64,000 nucleotides of DNA from Microbotryum violaceum (GCA_001244265.2 CDLV01000013.1:496001-560000); one strand, 5' to 3'. Shown: positions 50,087-64,000, numbered from the stretch's first letter. Numbers and translations: made by a program. Notes: generated by a model from the letters alone, not told the origin.

Positions 50087-53000
50087 CTCCCACCGGTCAA
50101 TGAGACTAACGAGACCATTCCAAGTAGCGCACAAAGTTGATCAAAGCGTTGAAATCCCAAAGGCTTTGTCATAATATCCGCGGCATTGACGTGGGTAGGG
50201 CAGTATTCAAGTTCGACCTCGCCAGAAGCAACCCGTTCTCGAACGAACAAATGAGCAATGTCGAAGTGCTTGGTTTGCATGTGATCGACCAGATCCTTGG
50301 CGATCTGGATGCATGCGGCGTTGTCCTCTTGAATGATAGTAGGCTGTGCTTGTGGAATGCCAACATCACCAGCCAAACGACGGAGCCAGATTGCTTCACG
50401 AGTGGCTGAGGATGCAGAGAGGATTTTGGCTTCGGTAGTGGATGTAGCGATCATAGATTGTTGCTTCGACTGCCAGGAGATAACGCCGCCAGCAAGCATT
50501 GATGCATAGGCTCCCACCGATCTGTGAGATTCCGGGTCATCCGCAAACGAGGCATCGGAGTAGACCATCAATCGAGTTGTGGAACTGTTTCAATAAATAA
50601 TTCCCAAATCAATGGTGCTGTTGAGGTAGCGAAATATACGCTTGACCGCAGCCCAATCATCGACAGTTGGACAGGAGTTCTTTTGAGCAACGGCATGAAC
50701 AGCAATTGTGATATCGGGTCGATATCGAGTGGACGCGTACTGCAGGGAACCCACAGCCGATTGGTACAATGACACATCGGCAAACGGAGTAGCATCAATT
50801 CGAAGCGAGGGGCAATCATCCATGGGCGTGATTGCACAGCGCTTGGATGGAGAAGCGAAATTGAACTTCTCGAGCATAGTGCGGACATACTTGCTTTGGT
50901 GAACGAGGATGTAATCTTTGGTGCGATGAATTTCGAAGCCCAGGAAGTAGGAGACGGGTCCGAGACGCTTGAGCTGGAAGGCCTTGTGAAGCGATCCGAG
51001 CTCGGAGTCCAAGAAGGATTGATTGTTGGACGCGATGAGACCGTCGCCAACATAGAGAGTGATGATAGCAAACGAAGTGCCCAAATGTTTGATGTAGAGG
51101 CAAGCATCGGCAGTTGCCCTCATGTAGCCTCGAGACACCATGAGATTGTTGACGGCTCGATACCATTCACGGGGCGCCTGTTTGGTGCCATACATGGAAC
51201 CCACGAGCTTGAGGCACTTGCCAGGGGATTGAGGATGATTCCATCCTTTTGGGTATCGAACATAGACATCCTCGGTCATCTTGCCGTTGAGGAAGGCGCA
51301 GTCGAAATCGAACTGTTCGAGATACAGGCCCTGAGCAGCAGCCAGAGCAATCAAGAACAAAATTGGTGAAGAACGAGCGACAGGAGCGTAGGTGTCATGG
51401 TAGTCGATGCCTGGGCATTGAGCAAATCCTTGAGCAACGAGATGAGCTTTGAAACGAATGATTTTGCTGTTTGCATTGCGCTTGGTACTGTAGACCCAGA
51501 TCGTGCCAAGTACCCAAATTCCTTTGTGCCACTTGACTTCCTGAAAGACTCCATGATGATTGAATTGTAGAAGTTCTGAGACCATTGCAGCATTCCAATG
51601 GTTGCAATAGGGTGACTTCATGGCTTCCTCGAATGTCTTGGGTATCTCGATGTCTTCTTCGGTGAACACGGCAGCACAGTAGGCATCGTAGGAAAGCTTG
51701 TCGTGGAACATGGGTGGAGTATCCAAGACATCGACCATGATAGCCGAAATGATGGGAAGTATATTTTCCGGAGGTTGAGGTCGATGACGAGAACCAGTAG
51801 GAAGGATGTTGGAAGGATCAACATTCTCGAATTGGCCAGGATTTGGACCAGTGCGAACGATGGCGTAACCTTCACGAGGAGCGAGAGCGACTTCCGCCTC
51901 ACCGTCGAGTGGTTCTTGAGGAACGACTGCAAGATACCCCCCCTGTTGACCAACTCCAATTGGAACCACCGGAGGAGGCTGTGGATCCGGCAAAGTTGGA
52001 TCCACAACAGGTGAAGTTGGTGTAGACGGTAACACATCTGGTGGAGGATGAGGAGGATGAGGAGGTTGAGAATGATGAATGGGATCAGAAGCGTCCGCAC
52101 GATCTTGAGACGAAGTGACGACGGAAGGAGTCTCAAGGAATGTGACGTGACGCAAAACGTAGACCTGTTTCGACGATTGGACCCAGATACGGTAGTTGTA
52201 TTCACCGGAGTACCCGATGAAAACTCCCTGAATGGAGCGAGGTGCAAGCTTGGAGCGACGCTCCTTGGGAACGTGGACAAACACCGTAGATCCGAATGGC
52301 TGAAGATGAGCAAGACTAGGCTTCTTGCCGAGAAGAACTTTGATTGCCGTTTTTCCTTGAATACGAGGATGTGGTCGACGATTGAGAACAAATGTCGCGA
52401 CAGCCAGAGCATCTGACCAGAATCGCATGGGAAGACCGGAGTCGAGGAGCATTGATTGAACGAGACCCATGGGAAATCCATTGAGTCGCTCTACTTGACC
52501 ATTTTGCTCCGGAGTATAGGGGGCCGTGAATTCCACGATGATGCCCTGCTTTTCAAGAAGAGCCCGGAACAATGAGTTGCCGAATTCACGACCATTGTCC
52601 GATCTGACCCTCTTGATTTTCTGACCCGTTTGACGCTCGGACTCGGCTTGAAATTTCGACCATGCTTCGGTAATTGTCTCAGCTCTCTTGTCCTTTAGCA
52701 CGATCGTCCATTTAGCCGTCCAATACTGATCCACGATAGCGAGATAGATAGTATCGCCATGGTGATTGGGATGTTTGACAAACCCGAGATCGATGAAGAC
52801 GCGGTAGAGTGCATGAGGCGCTTCGGTACTCTTGTTGGAGAAGGGTGATCGCTTTGACTTGGCCTGGATGCACGAGAAGCAAGGAGTAACCTTTTCGTCT
52901 TTCAGAGTGATGCCAGTGATAGCCCCGGATTTGACGGCCAAAACGATCGCCGCAGGAGATTGATGGCCCAACTTCCGATGTGCTTCCATCAACATACAGG

Positions 53001-54797
53001 TTCCAGTGAGACGATTAGCTCCGACCATTGAAGGCGGTGAGGATGACATGATAGGCTGAACGGGAGCTGCATCCATGACAAACCCCCGACCAGGAAGCGA
53101 GCGCAGAATCGACTTGCCGCGGATGCTGAAAATGAGATTGCTTTGGGGACCAACAGCGTACATCATCAATTCCAACAGACGGTCGATGGAGATAAAACCG
53201 CATTGAGCACCGGGCATGTAGTAGACCCTCTTAACGGTGATACGAGCGCCATATGAGGTAAGAAACGTCACTGAGCCATGACCGGGAGATTCGATTTGAG
53301 ATTGATCAGCCACAGAAATTTTGAGAGGCTCAGAGACAACGTCCGATAGGACCGACTTGTCTCCAACGCAATGGACCTTAGCACCCGAGTCAATGATCCA
53401 TGGAAAAGGTGGCATCGTTCGCGAATAGGGGAAAGTGTAGGTCATCAATGCAGATTCATCTACACCAATGGCAGCTACGTTCGGATTTGAGTCCGAGGAA
53501 GCGGGAGCGCTCGCATCCTTGTTCCTGCTTGGACAGAGACGCCAACCACGCTCGTGTCCCAGTGCTTTGCAGCGCGAACAATACGACTTGGAGTAGTCCT
53601 TTTGCGCCGTGGTGGAAATACGGGCGACAAGGCTAGTATCGTCAACGATCCGAGCGGATAACGATTCCTTTTGTTTGTTTCGGGAATCAGCCATTTCGAC
53701 GTTCATCAGGAGTTTCGGATAGAGCGTGTTCCAATCCATGTGGATGTCGATGTCGGAGGCAAGGTTCCCAACGATCGAGTCATACTGGGCTGGGAGCGAC
53801 CGAACGAGCATGCCTGCAAACAGCCAATGCGGAAGCGGAGCTCCGAGGTTCTGAAAATCGGTCATGGCGATCTTGACCTTGTTGACGAATTCCTTAAAAG
53901 GAATATCCCCAGAGTAAGGTTGCGCTAGAGTGTTGAGGAGGTCCATAGTGCGACTCGGGCGACCGTGAGAGTGGAGACCACGGAGGGTGTCCCACATCTC
54001 GTACGCCGAGGTAAGATGAATCAAGTGAGACATCTGTTCCTCAGAGATCGAATTGGCGATGTACTTGCATGCCAAATCGTTGCGGCGGATGACCCGTTCG
54101 CGATATTCCGCGACTCGTCAACAAGGTCAAGATCGCCATGACCGATTTTCAGAACCTCGGAGCTCCGCTTCCGCATTGGCTGTTTGCAGGCATGCTCGTT
54201 CGGTCGCTCCCAGCCCAGTATGACTCGATCGTTGGGAACCTTGTTGACGAATTCCTTAAAAGGAATATCCCCAGAGTAAGGTTGCGCTAGAGTGTTGAGG
54301 AGGTCCATAGTGCGACTCGGGCGACCGTGAGAGTGGAGACCACGGAGGGTGTCCCACATCTCGTACGCCGAGGTAAGATGAATCAAGTGAGACATCTGTC
54401 CCTCAGAGATCGAATTGGCGATGTACTTGCATGCCAAATCGTTGCGGCGGATGACCCGTTCGCGATATTCCGCGACCTTGTCCGCAACTTGAACGCTGGT
54501 GAGCCTGGGCGAGGCGTCCGAGTGCGCAGAACCAGAGCCCCCCCCCCCCCCAAGCCCGCTAAAGCCGGAGGAGGCTGGTTCAACTGGCGCGACGGACGCA
54601 GTTGCATGTGCGATAACGAGCGTGGACCGATAGTCCGCGACAAGGGAGTCGATGGATTGATTGACGACATCCCATACTTTGTCGGCTCGAAGATTGATAA
54701 ACGCACGTTGTGACCAGCTCTTGTACCCTTGTGTGTCCTTGAGATACAAGCGATTGCCCGACCCGTTGGGGAAGTCGGATTCGCCCGTTGAGCTCAT
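50068..54797 (-). pseudogene. Disrupted copia gag-pol ORF
   Basis: Starts MSSTGESDF at the ATG inside the primer-binding site. Broken by a 362-bp rearrangement in gag, an in-frame TGA at 50590-50592 between RT and RNase H, and the RT motif reading YVGD instead of YVDD (about 51043-51054). Confidence 0.92.
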
Positions 54798-54801
54798 AAC
54801 C
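54790..54801 (-). promoter_or_regulatory. Primer-binding site GGTTATGAGC (half initiator-tRNA-Met type)
   Basis: Directly abuts the 5' LTR and resembles the GGTTATG(A/G)GC primer-binding site of Drosophila copia and yeast Ty5. Confidence 0.8.
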
Positions 54802-55067
54802 TGTTGCAACAAGGACTAAGAGGTACTCCACGACCCAGCTCCGAGATACACGAGTGAGATGATGAGAATAGCGTGGCTTTGCAGTAACTAAGCTAAGAGG
54901 TACTCCACGACTCAGCTCCGAGATACACGAGTGAGATGATGAGAATAGCGTGGAGAAGGAACCCAGAAGGAAAAAAGACGCAAAGACAAAGATAGGCGCG
55001 CGCGCAGAATAAAGTATTAACCAAGACTAATAGCAATGAGTTAGGCTCTCAGACCCCACTTCTAACA
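54802..55067 (-). repeat. 5' LTR (266 bp) with an internal 61-bp duplication
   Basis: Matches the 3' LTR except for one substitution and an extra 77 bp (61-bp copies at 54816-54876 and 54893-54953, 16-bp spacer). Confidence 0.95.
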
Positions 55068-55548
55068 GTGGGGAAAATCGCCCCCAAGGGCAAACAATTT
55101 TACTGACAAATCGTTGATACTGACTAACTCTATGCCTTGGTCCATCGACGAACTGATCGCTCAACTGATACTTCCGAGGATAGTGACGAGTAGAACGGGC
55201 CGCGTGCTTTCCCGACTCCCGGCCGTCCGGATCTTCGTTAGGCGGAAGGCTTCTCGATATTACTGGTGTGATTTTCGCAACTCGAGAGGTGGCATTCTGT
55301 TGATGAATGACTGCCCTTCGCTATTGCTATCGTCACGGTTCATTGCTGGCATAATCCCTGCCTTTCAGTGCTAGCAGCGGATTAACTTAATGCCGAAGGC
55401 CCTGCTGAGCCGGACGACCATCAGCTTGCCCGGCCCGAGCACTGCCCGAGCAGCCGATCACGTGAATCGCACAGGACGAGGTAACCCTACCTGCCACCTT
55501 GCCCCTTCCCCTTCCTTTCGACTACAACCTCCTCGCGCCCACTCGGCA

Positions 55549-56700
55549 ATGTCGAAAGCGACCCCCACATCGGTGCAGCAGTTCTCCCAATTGGGCTCGA
55601 CCTCGTCAGCCCATCAAGATCACTCGTCCCATGCATCGACCTCCGCCTCGACCTCGTCTTCATTCCGAACGTCGGCGGTACCCCATTCGCAACCCTCAGG
55701 GCTGTCAAACTCCGACGCCAGCACTCGAGCACGAGATGGTTGGACTCCCTATCGGGGCGCAGGTACGGACGAAGACTTGCGTCGCTTCGCAACCTTCTCT
55801 ACTACTGTCGGACCTGGCGCCGAGCATCAGCCTTCCCCAGGTCACGACTTGGGAGCTGAAACACAAAATGCGATGACAGTCAATTTTGAATCGTCTTGGA
55901 ACATCGCTCAAACTTCATCAGCTTGGAATGATGACGATCTCTATCACCAATCGCACGCCAAGCTCAATGGTGAAGCCGGCGAAGGTCGCAATGGATGGCA
56001 AGACGGCGACGAGATTCAAGCTCTGCTTCGGTCCGGTATGCTCAACGCACAGCTGGAAGAAGGATGGGAGCAAGAGCTTGCTTCGGATCAGTCGAGGACA
56101 TACCACGCTGATTCGACCATGCCCAAGGATCCGACCATCTCGGCGGCCCAAGGCCAACTATCGCCGGTGACGCAGGGATTGGTCCAAAAAGTCGATGCAT
56201 TGGAGCTGGAGGCTCGACTGCACTTGCAATCCCTCTTGACCTTGACCAACGAATCGGGCGACGACACCCTTGCGATACAAGCCTACCTGTCGCAGAAATC
56301 ATACGCCGACGACGTGTGGGGTTTGCCTCGCGAAATTCGCGAAGTCCTGACCAAGGTCGTCGAAGAACAAAGCCAAGCCAATGATTCGGACAAGAACAAA
56401 GCGCTCCAGCGGCTCAACCTGGTCTTGAAACATCTTCAAGAGACGACGATCAGCGTGTCCACCGGTAAGGATAAGAACAGCGCGGCTTTTCGAGGAAGTT
56501 ACGCAGCTTCGGATGATGAGGGGGACTCGTACGGGAGTGCATTGCAGCATGTTGCTGCGAGGCGGTCCTCGCAATTGGGGCCAAAACACTCTTCGGCCAT
56601 GTCGACACCTCCAAACGGGCTAGTTCAAGATCGTGCACACGATTTCACTACTCTGCACGAACGAATGGCAATAGGGGGGTCGGGGCACGAAGGGCGATGA
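55549..56700 (+). CDS. Hypothetical protein of unknown function
   Basis: Long intronless ORF with protein-like composition. Motifs DGDEIQALL, YADDVWG and KALQRLNLVLKHL resemble an uncharacterised fungal family (from memory). The 3' end is uncertain because of a G6 run near 56673. Confidence 0.7.
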   Translation: MSKATPTSVQQFSQLGSTSSAHQDHSSHASTSASTSSSFRTSAVPHSQPSGLSNSDASTRARDGWTPYRGAGTDEDLRRFATFSTTVGPGAEHQPSPGHDLGAETQNAMTVNFESSWNIAQTSSAWNDDDLYHQSHAKLNGEAGEGRNGWQDGDEIQALLRSGMLNAQLEEGWEQELASDQSRTYHADSTMPKDPTISAAQGQLSPVTQGLVQKVDALELEARLHLQSLLTLTNESGDDTLAIQAYLSQKSYADDVWGLPREIREVLTKVVEEQSQANDSDKNKALQRLNLVLKHLQETTISVSTGKDKNSAAFRGSYAASDDEGDSYGSALQHVAARRSSQLGPKHSSAMSTPPNGLVQDRAHDFTTLHERMAIGGSGHEGR

Positions 56701-56774
56701 GGCGACACGAGGTCCGGAAGCCACGAAATATTCACAAGTCAAGCTCCAAAAACCCTACGACAATGAGTAGCCCA

Positions 56775-58361
56775 TTAGAACACCGTTCCATCGGCGACTG
56801 TTGGGAGCCGACAGGACTATGTGGTCACTTCAACGCTCCTTCTTTCACAAACACACTTATGTGCAAATCGGGACTGACCGTATCTGAACGGCGGTGCCCC
56901 TGTCTCAGGTCTCAGCTTCTTTGCGATCTCTCGTCCAGCTTTCCACGTTCCCGCTTCTAACACTTGCGCCAAAGTAAAATTGACTCCGACCCGTTCCCTG
57001 ATGGCGTCGGCGATCCGATCGAGCATGATCACGGTGACCGCTCGCAATTCGACCACGGCGGAATGAGAAGGATCTAATGGCGGAACTTCGAGGAGGGTAG
57101 GCATGGATGTGGAGGACGAGGCGACTGGTAGGGAAAAGGTCGAGAGAAGGGCTGGTATTTTGGGTTTCAGCAAGTCGAAGTCGATCAAGAGACCGCCGTT
57201 GCGGTACTCGGGCAGTCCGGTCATAAGTTCCTTATGCAGAATCTTCCAGCCGAGAATCTTCTCCATCCTGTTCGTTCGTGATGCCGGCGCAATCAGCATC
57301 TGAACTTCGATCGATTCAAGTAAACCATTCCAACGACTCACACTTCGATCAAAGAGTACGTCATCCACTGGGATAACTTGTGAAATGAGACGAAGGCGTC
57401 CCCAGAATTTTCCCCATCTGCTTTGTGAAGGCAGTCCACGGGCCACACGTCCCCGAGAGAAACACCATCAATCTGACTTCTTGCCGCTGGCCATACACCA
57501 CTCAAGCCATCGACGACGATTTCCCACAGAATTTCGATCTTGACTGCGATGCGATAGGAGGACGGTGAGGGCATCTGTTGAGACGATGGATGAGCAAGGA
57601 GGTAGTCGATGATGTGGCCCGGTCGGGAGCTCGACTCGACGGTAAAGTATGCAGCGTTTGCAGCATCGGTTAATACCGAGGCAAGACGAACGAGAAGTTC
57701 GGCGCGACCCTCGATGCCCGTCATGGGATTCGAGGATGAGACCTGCATCGCCTCCGAGATCTGTGACGTCGAGATCTTGGCTAGACCGACGGCTGTGAAC
57801 CGAGATCAGATTGTGGGACGAATCCATCATCAGCTTCATTCTGGTGGTTCAGGACTGGTAAGGGGATAAAAAAGTGAAAGTCTCACCATCGACTCGGTAA
57901 GGTTGTTCTGCCAAGTCGCTGAACATGCCTTGGCTGAACATCTCGAGGCTCCCGACTGCAAGTCCTTCGCTACGACCGATAGGCTCCCCACCTTCCTTGG
58001 GAGTGAACTTCCACTCATTCCCGGCCCCAGCATCCATCAGCACACTGACAACCATCAAATCGACGAGTCGTCTCGCGATCTCGAGCTCGTTGACGTTGTC
58101 GCTATGCCATTTCGTGAGCAGCGGCTCGATCCGATCGCCGACAAAGTGTCGCCATCGTCCGTGGGGTGGAATCGAGGCATAATTGGTGCCGTAGTCTCGC
58201 TCAATAAGAGAACAGACAAAGTCGACAATCTTGGGTTGTTGAGAAAGGTCGAGAGTCCAATATTGCAGCTGGTCTGCCTCTGCTAGCGCAAACACCTCGG
58301 AGCAGCGAGCCCGAATCGACGGCAACGAACGCAGGTACGACACGGGCGACACGGACGGCAT
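56775..58361 (-). CDS. URC4: DUF1688 protein (Urc4-like, uracil catabolism)
   Basis: YLRSLPSIRARC; IPPHGRWRHF; VVSVLMDAGAG; RSEGLAVGSL; RPGHIIDYL; LGDVWP; FHKLSQWMTYSL; TGLPEYRNGGLLID; LEAGTWKAGRE; last exon VADGTVF*. Confidence 0.9.
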
Positions 58362-59042
58362 GAGGATCGATCCGACTTTTTTGGTATATTTCGACGAGTG
58401 TTCACTGTACCGAGCTCTGCGGAGATTGGATCAAGGGTCAGCTACGCGACTTTCAAGATAAGCTCGGATCGCCAGACGGCGGACGGCCCACCCCCACCAC
58501 CACTATCGCATTCCTGTGCTGAACTGGCGAGCAATGCGGTGCAGATCGGTGGGATGGAATATAGAATATAGAGTGGGGTAGATTTACTGCGAAATTGACA
58601 TACCACTGACCGTGTGCGTTTGAAAAAAAGCCGCAAAGTGAGGACGAGCGTCAACAGCCAGTGACCGCCCAACCCGAGGGGCACGCTCCGGCTAGGACTT
58701 CTCGGCCGAGATTTGCCGTCGGCCGAGATTCAGTCCGCGATGGCCTCGATCCAGTATTGAATTCTGACATCACTTCCTCACAAAGGTGTCCCAGTCGTAG
58801 TGATCTTCTCAACAAACCACACTCAACCAATAATCCCTCCCCTCCTGTATGCATTTTCACCCATTGTTTGTCTGATCTGATACCATCAAAAATCGACCCG
58901 CGAGCCTACTACCAAGCATTCAAGCGAGCTGAATCTTGCCTCCGATTTCCCGGTGCCGCCATTCGTACTCCTTGTGGCATTGGTAGCTTTTCGTCACTTT
59001 GACTGCTCGTTTCGTTGGATTGAAGGGCTTGTGAGACTATGG

Positions 59043-60190
59043 CTAGGTATTGATCGAGATTGATGGAAGACTTCCTTCGTCCCATCCCGTCAGACACAAC
59101 GTCTCGAGTTGCAGCTTCGACTGGTGAATCGTGGCAACGATTCGCTGTAAGAGCTCCTTGTGGAAGCGCACCCTGGAGTGGGGTGCAAATAAGGAATCAT
59201 GGAGATGAAGGTGAAGATCCTTCAAGTGCTCGCAATGCCGCGTTATGGTTGCGATGATCGGTTCGATGATGCAGATGGCAAGATCGATCTCGATCGACAA
59301 TTTGGTAAGGTGCCAACGGTATTCCAAAACAAGCTTGATGACGATCAGCTCGGGCATGGTTTGAATCAATGCGACGTCCGATTCGCGGTCGAGCACTTCG
59401 TCTTCAGAGAAAGCGTTCGGGCGGGTGTGAATCAGGGCGAGAGACTCGAGCCTCGGCGCCTTACAGGGAGGGAGGACGTAAGCCCAGTCGTTCTCTTGTT
59501 CCACCGTCAACGATTCAAGGTTGGGCAGGTCGACAGCGGGAGGCAGACGACCCGTGCTGGACTCGAGCTCGCCGTCGAATGTACACGAGCTCAATCGGAG
59601 CGAGCGAAGACCTGTCACAAGTCGACGGAGAAAGGGCTCAGCAGTCCTTGTCAGCGCGGGCTTGCTTGGAAAAAATCCTCGGAGCATCGCTGATGAATCA
59701 CGAAGGATTACCTACTTTGAAAGGAGGCACTTTCGAACCAGCCTGGGTCGATGCCATGAATTCCAACCAGCTCAAGATGGGACAAGCCTGTGGGAGCGAC
59801 TCGACCGAAAATTTCTGTCAGGCTCGATGATCTCGACTATAATGACCCGCATTCAAGTTGTGGTGACTCACTGTGCATCATTTCGATTAGGATAATGCGT
59901 ATGTAGTTCACCCACGTCTTGCACCCATTGAGGGATCCGAGTCGGAACGAGCGCACCGTGCAATGCCGGTGACGTTCGAGCATGCCGGACTTGATGAGCC
60001 GTCGAGCGGCGACGCCGCTGTCGATGTGGATGTCTTGCATCAACAGCGGTTGAGCCACAGCTCTCCATCTACTGTTCACTAAACTGCCTTGCTTGAGGGA
60101 GGACTGGTAGGCGCCCGAATCACGCAAGGTGGAGAGGATGACGCGCAGGAGCTCGACGGGTAGATGGTCAATCCTCGTCGCCGGCGACAT
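59043..60190 (-). CDS. F-box protein with LRR/RNI-like repeats (3' end uncertain)
   Basis: F-box-like IDHLPVELLRVIL...LKQGSLVNSRWRAVAQPLL; downstream LSHLELVG, LRSLRL, LPNLESLTV, APRLESLAL, LTKLSI and LKDLHL; two probable introns. Confidence 0.75.
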
Positions 60191-60485
60191 GATGACAAAC
60201 GATTCAGGCAGTATTGTTGTGGGCCGTGGTGGATCGAGTGGGGCAACTGCTCCAACTTGCACCGGGACTCCAACGGTTGCGTGGCTGCCACGTCCAGGCT
60301 GAATCAGGTGGGGTGAGGGTAAGGCAGCCGCTAGCTGGGCTGCATTGCCTTCCCCCACTTGGTGCCCAAATTGGTTCCGGAGCTGGGTGTATGCACTTGT
60401 TGCCTCGGTCCGCCTGAGTAGCGAGGCCCACGCAAGGCAAGCACGAGTGAATGTTTTGATTACAACTCAAGCCCTCCAACATCCT

Positions 60486-62973
<2,488 letters not shown>

Positions 62974-63657
62974 GATGGCTTCAGGGTGGGTCGAGAGACT
63001 ATAGGAGCTGCGAAAAGAGGCGGAGCTCACATCAAGTCGATTTCGCAGCGAGCGCTTGCGATTGTCGGAGCGACCCGGGATCATCGTGCCGCGGAAACAT
63101 AGGGTAACGTGAGGGCCATGCCAGTTGCAGATGTGCATTTTCTTCTGGCGTACATCAGAGCAGTGATGAAATTTTGCTTGGACTCTCGAACTTTGCATCC
63201 TTTATCAGAAAATCGTGACCTAAAATTCATTGTGCATTTGACACCGCTCGATCTGCAGGCCGTCTCTTCAGCGCGGTCGATCGCTCTCGGCCGGCACCCC
63301 ACACAGCTGCATTGATCACCCACCACCCACACCCACATCGATCAAGCTCGATTCCGTCGAACCTTGTCTCAGCCCGGCAAGTTCCACAGGTAGGTCATCG
63401 GTCAGGTGTAAACGGGCTGCCGAGTTGCTGAGCGTACTTCTCTCCCCTCGTGATCGCCGTGCACTCACTGCAGTCAGTCAGCACAGCTGCTCGGCCTCAG
63501 AATTCAGCCTCCTCAGCCTTCTCACCGCGTCATTGCTGCGCCGGACCTCGTCGCATTCAATCACGGCATCAGTCTGCCAGTCCAGTCGCCATCGGGCTAG
63601 CGTTCATTTCTCAGCCTACAACGCCTTCTGAGCAGTCGTATCCGGAACAAGACCGCC

Positions 63658-64000
63658 ATGTCGTCTTCTGTGCCGATGCGTCGACATGACCCGCGGCGGG
63701 TGTGCCTCATCTCGATGCCCAAAATGGCACTGGGGCCGAGGAAACGAGAGTATCTCGTCTACTTTTCCGGAGCTTTGGTGAGGAGTACTGTCATATGCGT
63801 CGTTCCCTGTTTTGGATGCCATCGCCCCAGTCTTGATCCTGTCCAGATCGAGTCATTCGATTCGGCATGCGCGGCCAACCCCCACTCGCCTCTCGTCTTC
63901 GATTAGTTTTCCTCTAATTCGAGTCAGCCATGCTGAACAAAACCCATCTTTCATCTTCTTTAACAGTTCGCGCTCGGCTGGTGGTGCTTCCTGGGCGCAG
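63658..64000 (+). CDS. VPS68: Vps68/TMEM50 (UPF0220) membrane protein, 5' part (truncated by the window edge)
   Basis: Exon 1 ending KREYLVYFSGAL splices to FALGWWCFLGA, matching the YxSGALFxxGWW motif of Vps68. Confidence 0.75.

Larger units (their letters stand above)
49898..55067 (-). mobile_element. Full-length, defective Ty1/copia LTR retrotransposon
   Basis: TG...CA LTRs at both ends; 5-bp target-site duplication GTGGG (49893-49897 and 55068-55072); domain order gag, protease (DSGA), integrase (HHCC, D..D..E), reverse transcriptase, RNase H (YSDAS, EDN, ADIMTK). Confidence 0.98.

Noticed and set aside
54816-54953. CRISPR-like repeat-spacer-repeat
   Set aside because: Only two 61-bp copies inside a eukaryotic LTR, with no cas genes.
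47329-58361. GAL gene cluster or URC gene cluster
   Set aside because: No GAL7/GAL10 near GAL1, and no URC1-like or UPRTase gene near the DUF1688 gene in this window.

Overview
Eukaryotic, gene-dense, GC-rich DNA with many short GT-AG introns and CTGAC/CTAAC/CTAAT branch sites. It looks like a basidiomycete fungus, probably a Pucciniomycotina yeast (inferred from gene structure only). By manual splicing I can support 24 protein-coding genes plus one pseudogene: an alpha/beta-hydrolase 3' end, a copper-fist transcription factor, NOP6, a TMEM256/DUF423 protein, a head-to-head RPS28/RPS5 pair, a lipase, SHY1/SURF1, a GH5 mannanase-like enzyme, an AA5_1 copper-radical oxidase pseudogene, an N2227/carnosine N-methyltransferase, SF3B1, a GH18 chitinase with one frameshift, cyclin C, an M24B peptidase, tri-ubiquitin, glycogenin, a PB1 protein, GAL1, a conserved hypothetical protein, DUF1688/URC4, an F-box protein, fumarase and the start of VPS68. 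A full-length but defective Ty1/copia retrotransposon (49898-55067, 5-bp target-site duplication GTGGG) sits in the GAL1 promoter. Most notable: (1) a GH5 whose catalytic barrel is interrupted by a two-transmembrane-helix insertion; (2) a duplication-inversion-duplication inside gag, unequal LTRs and CpG-type decay in the retrotransposon; (3) a PB1/coiled-coil/UBA-like protein resembling a selective-autophagy receptor; (4) ubiquitin with the plant-type Ala57; (5) an in-frame intronic ATG that could give a cytosolic fumarase. All exon boundaries and family assignments come from reading the sequence and remembered motifs, not from database searches.
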